Source: Botryllus schlosseri (lineage: Eukaryota). Taken from it: a stretch of DNA of 64,000 nucleotides. The translations under genes and the position numbers were made by a program. The DNA lies in contig CM119381.1 in NCBI GenBank assembly GCA_051294905.1, positions 2,170,001-2,234,000 on the forward strand. The letters run 5' to 3'. Of this stretch, positions 60,601-64,000 are shown in pieces (positions within the stretch are counted from its first letter, which is position 1; each line of letters starts with the position of its first letter). The notes under the pieces were generated by a model. It was not told the origin of the DNA, searched no databases, and worked only from the letters and a program-made list of their open reading frames with translations.

Positions 60601-63014
60601 CGCACTCGCTCGATTCGGTTCAACGCAAAGCCTTGTGTGAGGCAGAGCCGGACAACCATAGACCTATTTTCGTCGTTTAAGATTACAGTAGGATTAAAGT
60701 TGATGAATTCGCAAAAATTTGAAATTTGAATGAAAATCCGAATCAGAAAGAAGTACAAGAAAATTTAAGTTTGCTCCATATCAAAACAGAGTCCATACTC
60801 ACAAACGAGAGAATGGCAAATGTCGCTCGTTTGGCGCATTCCAATTCTCTGTAGAATTTTCAAGAAAATCAGAAATTAGAATTCACTTATTGGATGACCG
60901 ACATTTCATACTAATTAGTCGAACTAGGAAGCTAGCATTATCTAGATGTCCAGTGGGATGCCATTGTGATTCGAGGACGGAAACGCGCGGCAGGGACGGT
61001 CGGGAACAGTGTGGGTTTGTGTCGTAACATAATATTTGTTCGAGCCAGATCACGCCACGGTTTCTTAAATTTCCTATGAATAATAGCGTGCCGATGGCTG
61101 GAAATTCAGACAATCGCGTGAATCAGCGCGTTCTGAAAAACGTTCGAAGATTTACAGGCTCGGTATTGATTGCAAACTGCAAAGTGTATAACTTATTCGG
61201 CTTCGAGTCGAGTCGAGAATTCGAGTATCATTCATTACACGTCACAACAGTATGAATGATATGGGAAGCTAAAATGTGTACCTTCTATGCGACCACAAAT
61301 ACAAAAATACAATGCTGGTTTTACATCACGTTAAAAATTATTTCGTATTTTTTCGACTGTACTATTTCATTGTACTTTGTGAGTATGCTGAGGATCGATC
61401 GCGACTTCACATATATATCATTTTCACTAGCATGCGTAGCTTTGCACTATATGTTTTGTATGCTGTGGTACGACCAATCTAGGTTTACAGTTTGTATAGC
61501 GGTAAATAGCATCGAGGGTATAATTATCGTTGATAGAAAATAGTATGTAATTACTTGAATTAATACTAGATTCAGATTTGAAGATTCGAATCACTGTGCC
61601 CAGCCCTACTAATGAATTAATCTTCACTCCTGTTATTACGAGTTACACCACCGCTGGAGACACCATGCCGAGTAGAATTACTCTAAGATGGTGTAGATTT
61701 TTCGTGAGATAAATCCTCGTAGGTATACAAATCCATGTACGCTAGGAATCGTTCCCATTTATTTTCGACGGTTTATATATGACTATAATCTCTTCATGAC
61801 ACTAGACTAGAAATTGGTTTACGAGAAACCTTGTTGGATTGGTCAGCGCTAACTTTGGATAACATACATTATATCATGGAAATGCGGACATCCGGACGAT
61901 TTTCTCTGTAAGTACATTTTACATGGGCTAGCGCGACAGCTCATTGTTTAATATCTGTCATTGTTCCATGTAATCTTACTCATTCATGATCTCTCTTGCA
62001 CACAATAAACCGCTGTACGCTGTTGTGTATTAATCGTTTTTCTTTTTCAGGTGATCCGTGCGGTTACAGTGATAATTCCGTCTGATAAGGATGGAAGTGC
62101 CGCAAATCATCCGCTTTGAATCATGAACAAATCCTATCTACAGATAGAATAGATTTGACAAGAGGAAAGTTTCCATTAAACCGCCGTCATCTGGAGATTT
62201 GCGCATAATGCGCGCCGTAATTCGTTGCCCGGGGCGGGTCTCGAAGCTAATCGTGACATATCTCCGTCTACCATTGTAAACAATGTCGATGTTCCTTTAT
62301 CCTGTTGTTCAATCGCACTTTCGCTGCTCGAACCTGCACGCGGGCGTGCGCGAAGGGCAATATTCAAATTGCACTTACAGATAGATCGAATCGGTGAAAC
62401 GAGTCTACTGCACAGTGCACATTCGCGCGTCCTTTCTCCTGACGTGTGGAGATTTCGGCAGATTAACCGATACGTGCTGGGAGCCTGTTTACACAAAACG
62501 TCTTCTGACGAAGCCTGTATCGAGTTTAATTGCCAGATTAACCGAGGCCATTCCGAGAATACAGCTCGATGAAAGAGTTTGGATCTATTCGATTCAAAGG
62601 GTCTAAATAAAGTCGATCCTATAAAACAGAGATATCTGTATAAGTTCTAGTTTTAGATATCCCTGCGACACAATATATCCGTGCGAACTGTTGGCCGCAT
62701 TGATGATTTTGGGCCGAACCGTTCTGGTTTGACGAGACATAGGCTACTGTTGAAATGTCGCCAGCACGCAATGTTACCTGAACATTTTGCAGAAAACCAA
62801 ATCAATTTGCTTTTATAAGAGGCGCGAGACAGCAAAATATTGTTATTGTAATTCCATCGGCCATTTCTTTGATAAGAATGCTCTGGCTGATAACTCATCG
62901 CTAGAGGTCTAACATATTAGATTTGTTGAGATTAGTTCAAGTCTAGATGCAATGAACTTGAGGACTGTAGCATTCGTCTTTAGAAGCCGATGGTAACTGT
63001 AAAATCTAATTCAT

Positions 63015-63152
63015 TTTTGAAGAGCTTCTCTTCAAAATTGGGTTGAATAGTATATTCATATTGAAATAAACCCGACTAGTTGCTGACGATTACCCCTGAC
63101 AAGCAGCCGCAAATATTCGGGTTTGTTTCAAAATGAATATGCTATTCAATTC
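63015..63152. mobile_element. Family A internally deleted copy
   Basis: The left arm is fused at ACTAGT to the right arm and the centre is lost. Confidence 0.8.
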
Positions 63153-64000
63153 AATTTTTACATCCATTGCCAGTGAGTTTCTTTTACAAACATGTTCTGT
63201 ACACGCGAAAAACGCGATCTTCAATGTCGTCTACACATGAATCAATAGAGGACGAAGTGCCGAATGTCTACTATGAACGGAAGACACGTGCATGAGCAAA
63301 CCGCGCATTTAAAAAGATTGGCTTTGATTTTCGTTGGCTGGAAGTCGCTGATCTTGCACGGACTGGGAACGTAGAAGAATTGTTAAAATAATTACGAATG
63401 GGCAAGTAAAAGTAGGAGCGCGTCTATACCAGGAAAAATCAATATATCCCGCGAAAATATGGATTTATTCGCAACGCTGCCGACTTGGTGTTTGTGTTCT
63501 ATATACGATTACTAATATAGTAGCACATCAATTTCCCACACATATACTCGCGAGCATCATACTCTCGTCCGTGCCAAAGTATATATCGCTTGAAGCAGTC
63601 ATCACGTAGCTGTAATGTTCCAAGCAGACTTGCTGGCGTCTGTGTCGATGTGTTTACCTAACATAGCAGAGGGCGTGATTTAGGCGCGTTGTTATAGTAG
63701 TACAATGTGGAAACCTACTGATATGAAATTGATATTAAACCACAGCTACTAATCTTATTGTCAGTTCCGTGAAAATATCTGTGCTCCTTCGCAGGATATG
63801 CAAAGGCAATGTGAAATCGCTGTACGTTGTACTTCGGGCTTATCGAATGCGAATCCAAAATATACGGATGCAAACATGGTAGTACGATACACAATATTGT
63901 CTCTGGTTTATCCGCTCCTTAGGTTAAATCCCAGACGCGCTCGGCGATTTAATCTATAATCCGTCAATATCTTTGGCAGTGTCTGCATACAATCGAAAGA

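Overview
AT-rich animal genomic DNA, most consistent with an invertebrate chordate such as an ascidian (an inference from the protein sequence and gene structure). I can support only one protein-coding gene: a ZFP36/TIS11-family tandem CCCH zinc-finger mRNA-decay factor on the minus strand. It has two coding exons (16601-16542 and 16415-15345, 376 aa); the ORF track misses exon 1 and starts inside the intron. The rest is about 15 kb downstream and 47 kb upstream without recognisable coding exons, densely filled with non-autonomous transposons. These include a palindromic MITE family (about 17 pieces), a hAT-like MITE family (about 8 copies), several other hAT MITEs whose 8-bp target duplications are centred on TA, a tRNA-derived SINE (4 copies), a second SINE with a MetaSINE-like core, and a foldback element with inverted 16-bp arrays nested in another transposon. 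I did not find a clearly new multi-gene system. The best leads are the ZFP36 regulatory architecture, a 223-codon orphan ORF, the foldback element, the MetaSINE-like element and the nested insertions. Repeat boundaries were placed by eye and are approximate unless a TSD is quoted.
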